Below are positions 48,436-57,972 of a DNA stretch of 64,000 bases, in pieces. Under the pieces are notes generated by a model. It was not told the origin of the DNA. It was given only the letters and a program-made list of their open reading frames with translations, and did not search any database. Each line of letters opens with the position of its first letter. Position 1 is the stretch's first letter. The stretch is from assembly GCA_044222185.1 (NCBI GenBank), contig JBGANV010000007.1:160001-224000 (forward strand). The letters are read 5' to 3'. The stretch is from Planctomycetota bacterium (GTDB lineage Bacteria; Planctomycetota; GCA-002687715; CAIWVZ01). The position numbers and the translations under genes were made by a program.

Positions 48436-49224
48436 ATGTCGCAGCAATCATCGATCGAGTGGACGGACGCCACGTGGAATCCCGTTCGTGGATGCACGAA
48501 GATCAGCCCCGGCTGTGCGCACTGCTACGCCGAGACGTTCGCCGAGCGATTTCGCGGCGTGCCTGGGCACCCCTACGAGCAGGGTTTCGACCTCCGGCTC
48601 GTGCCCGAGCTGCTTTCGTACCCTCTTCGGTGGCCACGTTCATCGATGATCTTCGTCAACTCGATGAGTGACCTCTTCCATGAAGTGGTCCCCACGCCGT
48701 ACATCCGGGAGGTCGCAACCGTGATGCAGCGTGCCGACTGGCATGTCTATCAGGTCTTGACGAAACGCTCCGAGCGAATGCTCGAACTCCTGAACGGCGA
48801 GCTCGCGTTTGCGGCGGCGCTTCCGCACATCTGGTGGGGAGTCAGCGTCGAGGATCGCAAGCACGGCATCCCGAGGATCGAGCACTTGCTGCGGTCACCT
48901 GCACAGGTGAAGTTCCTGTCTATCGAGCCACTGATCGAGGACCTCGGGTCGATCGCACTTCGAGGGATCGACTGGGTCATCGCTGGAGGCGAGAGCGGGC
49001 CCCGAGCGAGGCCGATGCATGTCGAGTGGGTGCGGGGGATCCGGGACCAATGCCGGGAAGCGGGCGTGCCCTTCTTCTTCAAGCAATGGGGTGGTGTCCG
49101 AAAGGTCCGGGCCGGGCGGGTCCTTGATGGGCGCACTCACGATGAATTCCCGCCGATCGTGCGCCGGCCGGCGCCGCAGTCCGGTGGGCGACGGGGACTC
49201 CTCGCGGATCTCTCGATCGGCTGA
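48436..49224 (+). CDS. DUF5131 (phage Gp37/Gp68 family) protein
   Basis: SIEWTDATWNP..GC.K.SPGC.HCYAE, FVNSMSDLFH, LTKR, S.EPL, GGESG, FFFKQWGG. Confidence 0.95.
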   Translation: MSQQSSIEWTDATWNPVRGCTKISPGCAHCYAETFAERFRGVPGHPYEQGFDLRLVPELLSYPLRWPRSSMIFVNSMSDLFHEVVPTPYIREVATVMQRADWHVYQVLTKRSERMLELLNGELAFAAALPHIWWGVSVEDRKHGIPRIEHLLRSPAQVKFLSIEPLIEDLGSIALRGIDWVIAGGESGPRARPMHVEWVRGIRDQCREAGVPFFFKQWGGVRKVRAGRVLDGRTHDEFPPIVRRPAPQSGGRRGLLADLSIG

Positions 49225-49342
49225 GTCACCCGTGGTCGTCCAGCCGCGGACGATCCTGCCGAGTGGCGGACGTGTCGAGCGCGGGAACCCGGCCAGGTTT
49301 CGTGCGCGGCGTCCGGGCACGCGACGTTCACCTTCGCGTCGA

Positions 49343-49377
49343 CGTGCAACTTTCACGTTGCGCGTGAAAGTTGCACG
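49343..49377. repeat. Perfect 15-bp inverted repeat with 5-nt spacer
   Basis: CGTGCAACTTTCACG-TTGCG-CGTGAAAGTTGCACG. Confidence 0.9.
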
Positions 49378-49626
49378 AGATGGCGCAGGTTGAATGCCGG
49401 CGAGCTCTTATGCAGTCGCGCGCGGCATGCCGGCTGCGCTAAGTCGTGTTTCGGGGGTTCAGGCCAGATCCCGAGGCTTGCCGTTTCGTCGGGCGGGGGC
49501 GGCTCGCCAGATGCCCGACGGCCGCCCAGTTCCGCTTCGCGCCGCCGCCCGAATCACGACCCCACGTACTGCCGTGCCATCTGGCGCACGTCCTGATGCG
49601 AGTCGCTCCTGGCGATCACTCGACGC

Positions 49627-49746
49627 GGCGCGCGCCTGGGGAAGACGGCCAACGCCGTGAACCTCATCCTGTTCAAGGCGCGGCAGGCCCTGCGGGCCCA
49701 ACTCGGCGAGTCGTTCCTGGACGACCTTGCCGACGTGTCGCCGTGA
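49627..49746 (+). pseudogene. Orphan C-terminal (region 4) remnant of an ECF sigma factor
   Basis: ARLGKTANAVNLILFKARQALRAQLGESFLDDLADVSP-stop; in-frame TGA at 49594-49596 and no ATG between. Confidence 0.7.
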
Positions 49747-49788
49747 CCAATCCTGCGGGCGCCGCGAGCTGACGCGGATCCCGCCCCC

Positions 49789-50391
49789 TCACCCTCCCGC
49801 CGCCTCGAAGCGGTCGAGGACGCGTTCTTCGAGGCTGAAGGGGACGCGCACGCGGGAGGCGCGGTTGTCGAGCATGTCGCGGAGGGCGTCCTTCGGGAGG
49901 TGGCTCGGAACCGCCGCCAGTGCGCGGTCGGCGGCGGCGAGCGCGTGATCGACGGGGACCTCGAGGGCGTGGGCGAGGTCGGAGGGTTCGAGATCCATGG
50001 CGAGGCCGAGGATGATCGCGATGCGATCACTCGCGGGCAGTTTGCCCAGGTCGAATCGACGCGGGTCGTTCGGCGGGCAGTTGGCGAAGGCCATGTCGTC
50101 AGGCTCGAGACCCGAGGCGAACGGCTCGGACTTCGCGGCACGGGCGGCGCGGACGACGGCGCGACCGGTGAAGCGGAGCGTGTCTCCGCCGCGGAACGCC
50201 CCGCTCTTCACGGCTTGGAGCAGCTCGAAGAGCGACTCTTCCGTGACACGCGCGGCCGCATCCGCATCGCCGAGGATGAGCCAGGCTGCATCGAACGTCG
50301 GCGCGATCGTCGCGGAGACGATCTCTTCGTAGGCCTCCCAGTCGCCCGAGCGCGCGCGCTCGAAGGGCGAGGGACGTGGGTAGTCGGACAT
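49789..50391 (-). CDS. Divergent ECF sigma-70-like protein
   Basis: RARSGD.EAYEEIV...A..ILGD.D.A..V.EE (region 2-like); L.KLP..DR.AI.L......S.LA.AL.VP (region 4-like); TGATG coupling to transaldolase. Confidence 0.65.
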   Translation of the reverse strand: MSDYPRPSPFERARSGDWEAYEEIVSATIAPTFDAAWLILGDADAAARVTEESLFELLQAVKSGAFRGGDTLRFTGRAVVRAARAAKSEPFASGLEPDDMAFANCPPNDPRRFDLGKLPASDRIAIILGLAMDLEPSDLAHALEVPVDHALAAADRALAAVPSHLPKDALRDMLDNRASRVRVPFSLEERVLDRFEAAGG

Positions 50392-51221
50392 CAACGCGCT
50401 TTCTTGAACAGGTCGGCGTACTCGGGAACCACGTCGGCGACGAAGGCCTTCATGCCTTCGACCGTCTTGTGATGTTCGAGCATGAGTTGGAGGACCTCGA
50501 ACGGGATCGTGGAGACGTCGGCGCCGGCGATGGCGCACTCGCGTGCCTGCCGCGGGTTGCGGATGCTGGCCGCGAGGACTTCGCACTCGAAGTGATGGTT
50601 GGCGAAGAGTGCCACGATCTCCTCGATGAGCTGCACGCCGGAGACGATGCCGTTGTCGTCGACGACCCGCCCGTCCTTCTCGAGCCCGGTGACGGGGAAG
50701 TAGTCGAGCTTGCCCGCGGTGACGCCCGCGCGCTTGCGCATGTCGTCATCGATTCGGCCGGCAAAGGGGGAGACGTAGGCGGCCCCGGCCTTCGCCGCGA
50801 GCATCGCCTGCTCGGGCGTGAAGATGAGCGTCGTGTTGATCGGGATCCCGCCGGACGCGAGGGCGCGAATCGTCTTCAATCCGTCGTAGCGGCGGGCCGA
50901 GTTGGCCTCGACACCCGGATTGACGGGCACCTTCACGACGACGTTGTGGGCCACGGGATTGAACCGCTGATACAGCCAGTGCCCCTGGGCGGTCATCTCC
51001 TCTTCGGTCGTGCCGATGACTTCCAGGCTGACGGGCGAATCGCCCGCCGTCTCGAGCATCTTCGAGATGTAGTCCTCGAGCGAAACGCGCTCGCCCTTCG
51101 ACTTGACCTTCTCCACCGCCTTCTTGATGAGTGACGGGTTGGTCGTGATGCCGTCGACGATGCCCCACGTGTAGGCTTCGCGAATCTGGTCGATGTCCGC
51201 CGAGTCGATGAAGATCTTCAT
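50391..51221 (-). CDS. tal: Transaldolase (small TalC/FSA-type fold)
   Basis: FIDSAD, GITTNPS, VVKVP, NTTLIF, YVSPFAGR, LAASIR; Glu in SLEV and Phe in SPF favour transaldolase over FSA. Confidence 0.92.
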   Translation of the reverse strand: MKIFIDSADIDQIREAYTWGIVDGITTNPSLIKKAVEKVKSKGERVSLEDYISKMLETAGDSPVSLEVIGTTEEEMTAQGHWLYQRFNPVAHNVVVKVPVNPGVEANSARRYDGLKTIRALASGGIPINTTLIFTPEQAMLAAKAGAAYVSPFAGRIDDDMRKRAGVTAGKLDYFPVTGLEKDGRVVDDNGIVSGVQLIEEIVALFANHHFECEVLAASIRNPRQARECAIAGADVSTIPFEVLQLMLEHHKTVEGMKAFVADVVPEYADLFKKAR

Positions 51222-51290
51222 GGCTACCCCACTCGGCCGAGGCGGCTCGCGCGCGATCGCGCGCCAAAGCGGCCGGCCGAGGCGCGGACC

Positions 51291-51617
51291 TTATACCGCG
51301 ATTTCCACCCGACCCGCATGGACGCGTGCCGCATGCATGTGGAGCCCGGACTGGGGCGCGCCGGCCACGCACCGCCCGTCGCGGCAATCGAATCCCCAAC
51401 CGTGGGCTCGACACCACAGCGTGCCGTCGCGGAACGCGCCGAAGGAGAGGGGCTCACCCTTGTGAGGACAGCGGTCGACGGCCGCGATGGCCGAATCGCC
51501 CGATCTCACGACGACGAACGCGCGCCCGGCACAGGTCACGCCGCGCGGAATTCCCTCGGGAAAAGCGTCCCGTTCCCCGGCGTCCACCCACTGCGCGCCG
51601 TCGCCGGGCGCCGTCAT
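51291..51617 (-). CDS. Rieske [2Fe-2S] ferredoxin
   Basis: CPH...C.AH motifs (DRCPHKG, WCRAHGWGFD); ATGA overlap with upstream gene. Confidence 0.88.
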   Translation of the reverse strand: MTAPGDGAQWVDAGERDAFPEGIPRGVTCAGRAFVVVRSGDSAIAAVDRCPHKGEPLSFGAFRDGTLWCRAHGWGFDCRDGRCVAGAPQSGLHMHAARVHAGRVEIAV

Positions 51618-52342
51618 GTCACACGCACGACGAGGCTTCGGTCCAGCAAGCCGAGCAGGGTGTCGACGGCCTGATCGACCACGGCGCGATCCTTGGCCTC
51701 GAGGGTGATGTGGACGGCGTGATCCGGGTTCGCATACGTCGGATAGCTCCCGATGGTCACGGCGGGAAGCAATGCGTGCAGGCGATCGAGGGCGGGCGCC
51801 AGCAGTCCTTCTTCCTGATGCGTGTCGATGCTCCGCAGATGGAACGGCGTCGAGCGGAACGTCTCGCGGATCGCCAGGAACTTCTTCTGCAGGATCTCGG
51901 GAGACCCTGGCAGGACGTAGACGTTGCGCACGCGCACCACGGGGAAGACGAGGTTGGGACTGAAGACGAGTTCGCTCTCGCCGGGGAGGTCCGCCATCCG
52001 CAGGTGCGCCGGGGTCGCCTGACCGTGGAAGTACTGCTGGATCACGCGAGTCATCTCGGGGAACGGGCGGAGCGGGCACCCGAATCCAGCGGCGATTCCC
52101 GCGAACGTCAGGTCGTCGAGCGTCGGCCCCACACCGCCGGTGGTGATGACGAACGCCGCGCGCTCGGAGGCCTCCACGACGATCTTCGCGATCACGTCGA
52201 TCTGGTCGTGAATCGTGGTCACCCGATCGACGGTGACGCCCAGCTCGCGAAGCTGGCCGATGAGCCAGGGACTGTTGGTGTCGCGGATCTTGGCGCTCAA
52301 GATCTCGCTGCCGACGACGACGATTTCCGCGCCGCGATTCAT
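51614..52342 (-). CDS. CinA-like molybdopterin-binding domain protein
   Basis: VGSEILS..I.DTN, TTGGVGPT.DDLT, LPGSP, IGSYP. Confidence 0.88.
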   Translation of the reverse strand: MNRGAEIVVVGSEILSAKIRDTNSPWLIGQLRELGVTVDRVTTIHDQIDVIAKIVVEASERAAFVITTGGVGPTLDDLTFAGIAAGFGCPLRPFPEMTRVIQQYFHGQATPAHLRMADLPGESELVFSPNLVFPVVRVRNVYVLPGSPEILQKKFLAIRETFRSTPFHLRSIDTHQEEGLLAPALDRLHALLPAVTIGSYPTYANPDHAVHITLEAKDRAVVDQAVDTLLGLLDRSLVVRVT

Positions 52343-52380
52343 GGCTGCACTGTAGCGGAGGCCAGCGTCCCCGTCGCGTC

Positions 52381-52920
52381 TCAGCGGGCGTCGGTGATCA
52401 CGGCCTGACGGACTGCGACGTAGAGGGCGGCCGACGCCGGCACGAGCAGGAGCGCCTGGACGGCGAACCAACCACCGATGTCATTCGACGCGACGAACCA
52501 GAGCAACGTCACGGCGGCCGTTCCCGCCCACGCAAGGACGAGCCGCAGCGACCGCGACACGGCGAGCCGGCTCCGGGTCAGGATTCCGCGAATGAGCCGC
52601 AGCGGAGTGATCAGCTGCGTCCAAGCGCCCCAGGCGAACAGGCCGAAGATCACGGCGCCGCTCAACGCGGGACGCGGGAAGAACGCGCGGCGCATCTCGT
52701 CGGAGAATGCGATCGTGCCCCAGAAGGCCGAGCACCCGAGGACGACCAGACCAAGCGTCACGATCGCGAGTCGGAGCGCTCCGGCTGGATGGTCGGGCAC
52801 GGGCTGTGGACGAACGATCTCGCGCGGCGCCGACACTCCCCGTCGTTCTCGTGGGAAGACGTGATGAAGTTCGACTGACGGGCGGGTCCGAAGCGGGGCG
52901 TGTGGCACGTGAGGTCGCAA
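52381..52920 (-). CDS. Hypothetical four-TM membrane protein
   Basis: Four hydrophobic segments; start uncertain. Confidence 0.55.
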   Translation of the reverse strand: MRPHVPHAPLRTRPSVELHHVFPRERRGVSAPREIVRPQPVPDHPAGALRLAIVTLGLVVLGCSAFWGTIAFSDEMRRAFFPRPALSGAVIFGLFAWGAWTQLITPLRLIRGILTRSRLAVSRSLRLVLAWAGTAAVTLLWFVASNDIGGWFAVQALLLVPASAALYVAVRQAVITDAR

Positions 52921-52979
52921 TCCTGAGGCGGCATCCTACACGAAGGGAGGACGCGGCGACGAATCGCGCCGCGACGGCG

Positions 52980-54797
52980 TCAGCGGGCGAGCGCGTCGCC
53001 GAGCACCGGATGGTCGCACGCCGCCGGTGGAGTGATCCCCAACGCTTCCGCCAGGGTGACCACGCCCGAGCCCGGCCCGGCGACGATCGGGCTCGAGTAG
53101 CCGCGGCGGATCCCCGGTCCCATGAGCATCAGCGGAACGCGGCGGTCGTAGGCGTAGGGCGTGCCGTGCGACGCCACCGTCGAGGTCCCGATGAGGTGGT
53201 GCGGCTTGGGCACGAGGTACACGTCCGGTCGGCGCGGGGTCCAGCGCGCCAGTCGGATCGCACGCAGCATGGGATCGGTCGACGCACCGGCCTCGACTCG
53301 ATGCCATGGAAACGCCGCGTACATCCCCGAGACGGTCGACGCTGCGGCGGCAGCGACGTCGGCAGCCGCGTCGACGGAGATGTTGCGGGGCTCCAACGTG
53401 GACTTGTCGAGAAAGACATCGGTGCCGTCGAGCGCCGCGAGCCACTTGTTTGGCGCTGGCGATCCGAAGGCTTTCGTCAACGAGTCGTCGATCGCCGCGC
53501 GGAGCTTCTCGATGCGGACACGGCCCGCCGGCAGGCCCTGCTGGGCTGCGAACTCCGGTGCGAGACCGACGCCGTGATCCGAGGACAGCTCGACGACGTA
53601 ACGATCCGGACCGACGAGTTCATCGAGGGTCTTCAGGAGCTCGGCGATGTGTCGATCGACGCGGATCAACATGTCGCGGACCTCCTGGCTCGCCGGCCCG
53701 CAGGCGTGGCCCACCAGGTCGTTGGATGAGAAGCTGACGGCGAACAGGTCGGGCACGTCGTCTCGTCCGAGATTCAGTTCGGCCAGGGCCTTCCTTGCCG
53801 CCGACATCACCATCTCGTTGCCCGCCGGCGACGTGACGATCGCTTCGATCATGATCTTCGGATCGACGAGGGTGGCATCCGGGAGGCGATGAGGGAACTT
53901 GCGTGACCCACCGAGCGAGCGCTCGACCGCGTTGTTGTCGTCCAGTTCGGCGTAGAGCGACTTGGGACCCACGCGTTCCCAGACCCAGTTCGAATACCGG
54001 GCGGCGCCAGCCGTGGCGTTCAGCTCCTGGACGAATGGCGGCTCCGTCGCCGCGAACGCCGTGCTCGTCGTGAAGCGGCCGTTGATCAAGTCGATCCAGA
54101 CCGCGAGGTCGGCGCCGACACCGGAGAGAAAGATGGCCGATCGGTCCTTCACCGAGACCGCCACGACCTTGGCCCGCGCGCCGAATGCGGCCTTCAGCGC
54201 GTTGCCGAACGTCGGCGCCATGAGACGTGCCGCGCTCGAACCCGCCGGGCGCGATTCGGCGCCGAAGGTGCGGACGTTCGTGTCCTCGCAGCAGTTCACG
54301 TATCGACGCGACTCGGGCTCGAACCAATCGTTCGCCGTGATGCCATGCCGGATCGGGGAGGCGCCGGTCGAGATGGTCGCGTGTCCGGGGCCGGTGAGCG
54401 TGGATGCGTGCTCGTAGGTCGCGAGCGGGTACGACGACCCGTCACGCTCGATGCGCTTGATCCCGTCGTCTCCGAGCGCGGCCCATCCGGAACGGAGCAC
54501 GTCCGTCGAGAGCTGGTCGACGACGATCAGGACGGCGAGCCGTGCGCCGTTCTTCGCGACCGAGAAGGGGCCTTTGATCGACGTCTTGCGCGACGTGGGC
54601 TGGGAGGCGGGCTCGTCGCCTTGCGTGCCGGCGCGGAGGAGTGGTGTGCTGAGGGCGAGGGCGACGGCCACGGCGAGGAAGGCGAGGCGCTTACGTCGGG
54701 GTCGGAGCGCTCGCGGCTCGGCATTGGCTGCGAACTGGCAGGGAGGGAGCCCTGCCGGCCGGTCAGGCGGAGCCTGGCGCTCCTGCGCTGCGAACAT
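52980..54797 (-). CDS. Alkaline phosphatase superfamily protein (PafA/NPP-like)
   Basis: VVDQL, TLTGPGHATI.TG, KDRSAI, D.VGH..GP, SSDHG, HGTPY.YD..VP. Confidence 0.92.
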   Translation of the reverse strand: MFAAQERQAPPDRPAGLPPCQFAANAEPRALRPRRKRLAFLAVAVALALSTPLLRAGTQGDEPASQPTSRKTSIKGPFSVAKNGARLAVLIVVDQLSTDVLRSGWAALGDDGIKRIERDGSSYPLATYEHASTLTGPGHATISTGASPIRHGITANDWFEPESRRYVNCCEDTNVRTFGAESRPAGSSAARLMAPTFGNALKAAFGARAKVVAVSVKDRSAIFLSGVGADLAVWIDLINGRFTTSTAFAATEPPFVQELNATAGAARYSNWVWERVGPKSLYAELDDNNAVERSLGGSRKFPHRLPDATLVDPKIMIEAIVTSPAGNEMVMSAARKALAELNLGRDDVPDLFAVSFSSNDLVGHACGPASQEVRDMLIRVDRHIAELLKTLDELVGPDRYVVELSSDHGVGLAPEFAAQQGLPAGRVRIEKLRAAIDDSLTKAFGSPAPNKWLAALDGTDVFLDKSTLEPRNISVDAAADVAAAAASTVSGMYAAFPWHRVEAGASTDPMLRAIRLARWTPRRPDVYLVPKPHHLIGTSTVASHGTPYAYDRRVPLMLMGPGIRRGYSSPIVAGPGSGVVTLAEALGITPPAACDHPVLGDALAR

Positions 54798-55211
54798 TCA
54801 GTGCTTCGCGGCCGCGTGCTCGTCGGCCGTCGCGAGGAGTTTCTTCAACGTGGCTTCGTTGACGCCGTCCCGACGGTTCACCGGAATGAGGCGGTCGGAG
54901 CAACGCTCGTCCGCGAGGCGCAGGAGGTCGGAGGGCGCCGGATCGTCGTCGATCCAGTAGAAGCTCTCCTTGAAGTCGATGGCGGAGGCCTTGCCGAGGG
55001 CCCGCCGGTAGGCGACGTAACGGACGTCCACACCAAAGCCCTTGGCGACGGCGTGGGCGTGATGCTCCTCGAGCGAGGTGAGGAAGCGGATGTCGAAGCG
55101 GCCACGGACGGCTTCGATGAATCGCGACGCGTAGTCGGCGCGGATGAGCTCACCGTTGCGATCGATGAGAAGCGTGCCGACGATGTCCAGGTACAGGGCG
55201 GGCTTTTGCAT
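54798..55211 (-). CDS. Small HAD-like protein
   Basis: LYLDIVGTL (motif I-like), FLTS, K, WIDD (motif IV-like). Confidence 0.55.
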   Translation of the reverse strand: MQKPALYLDIVGTLLIDRNGELIRADYASRFIEAVRGRFDIRFLTSLEEHHAHAVAKGFGVDVRYVAYRRALGKASAIDFKESFYWIDDDPAPSDLLRLADERCSDRLIPVNRRDGVNEATLKKLLATADEHAAAKH

Positions 55212-55284
55212 GCTCGGACCGCGTTTCGGGTCCGATTCTAATGCACGGGGGCGCGAGGGGAAGGAGCTTCCGCCGGCGTCCTCG

Positions 55285-56022
55285 TCACACGGTCCGCACG
55301 GCGGGCATCGTCTTGCCGTAGATCGGGAGCAACGCTCCGGTGATCGCCCGCGCGCTTGGCGATGCCAGGAAAACCACCGCGTCGGCGACTTCGTCCGCGA
55401 GCAGCGGCCGGGAGGGTGGCCATTCGTTCGCCGTGGCCTCGGCCTTCTTCGGGTCCTTTTCCACGGCACCCGGGCAGACGGCGTTGACCCGGATCCGGTG
55501 GTCCTTCAGGTCCTGGGCGAGCGCGAGGGTGAGCCCGTTCAGGCCGAATTTCGTAGCCACGTGCGGGGCCACGTTCCGGTCGCCCACCATTCCGTGGATC
55601 GAGGAGACGTTGACGATCGACCCGCCCCCGCGCGCGTGCATGGGGTCGATGACCGCACGGCAGCCGTACATGGCCGAAAGCAGGTTGCTTCGCAACACGT
55701 CTTCGAACGCGTTGGGATCCCAGTCGCGGAATGCCCGCCAGACGAATCGGGCGGCGTTGTTGACGAGGATCGAGACCGGCGCGCCGGCGCGGCGGTGCAC
55801 CTCCTCGACGAGACGTTCCCACTCCTCGACCTTCGTCACGTCGGCCGCGACGAGATCCGCGTTGCCGCCGCGCTTGGAGATCTCGGCAACGGTCTGCTCG
55901 AGGGTCGCTTTCGTGCGGCCGCAGACGATGACCGTGGCACCTGAGTCGGCGAGTTTTCGGGCGATCGCCGAGCCGATCGTGCCGCCGCCGCCGGTCACGA
56001 GAGCCACTTCGTTATTGAGCAT
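55285..56022 (-). CDS. Short-chain dehydrogenase/reductase, atypical HxxxK
   Basis: TGGGGTIG, LVNNAA, IVNVSS, HVATK, IRVNAVCPG. Confidence 0.9.
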   Translation of the reverse strand: MLNNEVALVTGGGGTIGSAIARKLADSGATVIVCGRTKATLEQTVAEISKRGGNADLVAADVTKVEEWERLVEEVHRRAGAPVSILVNNAARFVWRAFRDWDPNAFEDVLRSNLLSAMYGCRAVIDPMHARGGGSIVNVSSIHGMVGDRNVAPHVATKFGLNGLTLALAQDLKDHRIRVNAVCPGAVEKDPKKAEATANEWPPSRPLLADEVADAVVFLASPSARAITGALLPIYGKTMPAVRTV

Positions 56023-56395
56023 CGAGCGTCTCCAGGAGCGCGTTCATGAGCGAGGCGCCATGTTTGCTCCGGGCGCCGGAAACCGCAAGCGGCGTCTGCG
56101 CAAGGTCCCGGACGAAACCAGCCTCTTCGTGCCGCGTTGCGCTGCATCCGAGTGCGACACGAGATTTGACCCGGGCGAAAACGCGGGGTAGTCTCCCGGT
56201 GTCCTGCTCGCGTGGTGCGAGTCGCACGAGCGGACGAGCAAGCTTCGGCGCGCGAAAGCCTCCCGGCTCCAGACGGTCGACTTCGCGCCAGTGAGAACTC
56301 GGGTTCTCACGACACCCGGGTGGGATGGTGACGCATCCCACGCGGGTGTGCTCATTTTCGCGGCGCCCGTCCTGATCCGACGGCGAACCGCCCCT

Positions 56396-57316
56396 TCACC
56401 GCGCCAGCCGTTCGGCGAGCGCCGCGTGGATGTCTACGAGATCTTCCGTGTCGCGCGCGTACCCGCCCGCGAGCGTGGCGACGAGCGGTACCCCCAGTCG
56501 CTCGGCCGTGCCGACGAGCAACTCGTCTCGGCGCTGGAATCCCGCCTTGCTCAGCGCGAGACCGCCGAGCTGATCCTCCTTCCACGGGTCACCTCCGGCG
56601 ACGTAGTGGATGAAGTCGGGCCGATGGGCGCTGACGGCCTTCGCGAGCGCGGGTTCGAGCGCCGCCAGGTAGCCATCGTCATCGCACCCCGTCTCCAGGC
56701 CCACGTTCAGCGACGCGGCTTCCTTCGGCGGGTAGTTGTCGTGCTGATGGATGTCGAGCGTGTAGACGCGCACGTCGTTTCGGAAGATGTGACACGTCCC
56801 GTTGCCTTGGTGCACGTCCGTGTCGACGACGAGTGGCCTCTCGATGCGGCCGTCGTCGAGGGCGAGGCGGATCGACAGCGCGATGTCGTTGAAGAGGCAG
56901 AACCCGGCCCCGCGGTGCGCGAACGCGTGATGGAATCCGCCGCCGACGTTCATGGCACGCCGCGCAACGCCGCGTTCCGCGAGTGCCCAGTCGGTCAGCA
57001 GGACCGTGCCGCGCGCCATGATTGCCTGCGCCCGCACGACGCCGGGCAGGCAGGGCACTTCGAACTCCGCGAGTCCCGCCAGGGGGTCTTCGTCGGACAG
57101 TTCGTGGACGCGGGCGATGTAGTCGGCGCGGTGCACGACGGCGAGCGTCTCGTCGTCGAGCGGTGCCGATGGTTCGATCAAGGTCACGCGGTCGAGGACT
57201 CCGAGCTCGCGGCAGCGGCGGAAGGTCCGCTCGTACTTGTCCGCCGGGAACACGTGCACGCCGAGCGGCATCTTGTACGAGGCGTGGAACGCGAGCGCGG
57301 TCGTGGCGGACGTCAC
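56396..57316 (-). CDS. Histone deacetylase family protein
   Basis: GGFHHA, GFCLFND, DTDVHQGNGT, GGDP..D.LG, AGGY; GTGA overlap with DedA stop. Confidence 0.93.
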   Translation of the reverse strand: MTSATTALAFHASYKMPLGVHVFPADKYERTFRRCRELGVLDRVTLIEPSAPLDDETLAVVHRADYIARVHELSDEDPLAGLAEFEVPCLPGVVRAQAIMARGTVLLTDWALAERGVARRAMNVGGGFHHAFAHRGAGFCLFNDIALSIRLALDDGRIERPLVVDTDVHQGNGTCHIFRNDVRVYTLDIHQHDNYPPKEAASLNVGLETGCDDDGYLAALEPALAKAVSAHRPDFIHYVAGGDPWKEDQLGGLALSKAGFQRRDELLVGTAERLGVPLVATLAGGYARDTEDLVDIHAALAERLAR

Positions 57317-57972
57317 GGCGCCGGCTTGTCGTGGGAGAGGCTCGCCGTTGCGTCCGTCGGCGTCGGCTTCGCCATCCGCTTCCTCAGGTGCGGCCACGCC
57401 TTCCAGATCACGATCGCGGCAATCACCCCCGCGAGGACCCAGGCCACCCAGCCGGAAATGCGGTCGTGGATGGCCTTCCAGTTCTCCGACGCGGCGTAGC
57501 CGATCCAGATCCACAGGGGCACGCTGATGAAGGCCGCGAGTCCGTCCCAGAAGAAGAACTTCCCGAAGCCGATCCGGCTGACCCCCGCGAGGAGGAACGT
57601 GGGAAATCGGATCCCGGCCACGTGGCGGGCGAGGAAGACCGTGAGGGCGCCGTACTTGGCGTAGTACCCCTTGACCCTCTCGACGCGGGCGGGCGTCATC
57701 AAGCGGGCGATGAAGCGCCGCTTCAGGACGGCCTCGCCGTAATGCGAGCCCAGGTAATAGACGATCGAGTCGCCGACCATCACGCCTGAGTAGAGAACGG
57801 CGAACGTGAACAGCACGGAGCCCTGGCCCCGGTGCGTGATCACGCCGCCCGTGATCAGGAATACGTCCTCGGGGATCGGAAGCCCCAGGCCCGCGACGAA
57901 GAGCCCACACCAAAGGACGGGCAGACCATAGACGGTCGCCAGTTCGAGCACGTGATTGATGACGCTTTCCAC
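57313..57972 (-). CDS. DedA family membrane protein
   Basis: GLPIPED, GD...Y.LG..YG, VF.ARH..G.R, AG. Confidence 0.93.
   Translation of the reverse strand: MESVINHVLELATVYGLPVLWCGLFVAGLGLPIPEDVFLITGGVITHRGQGSVLFTFAVLYSGVMVGDSIVYYLGSHYGEAVLKRRFIARLMTPARVERVKGYYAKYGALTVFLARHVAGIRFPTFLLAGVSRIGFGKFFFWDGLAAFISVPLWIWIGYAASENWKAIHDRISGWVAWVLAGVIAAIVIWKAWPHLRKRMAKPTPTDATASLSHDKPAP

Noticed and set aside
47716-49224. Prophage implied by the Gp37/Gp68 family name
   Set aside because: No structural, terminase or integrase genes nearby
56044-56355. 103-aa ORF between the HDAC and SDR genes
   Set aside because: No motif and atypical composition; cannot distinguish from intergenic DNA
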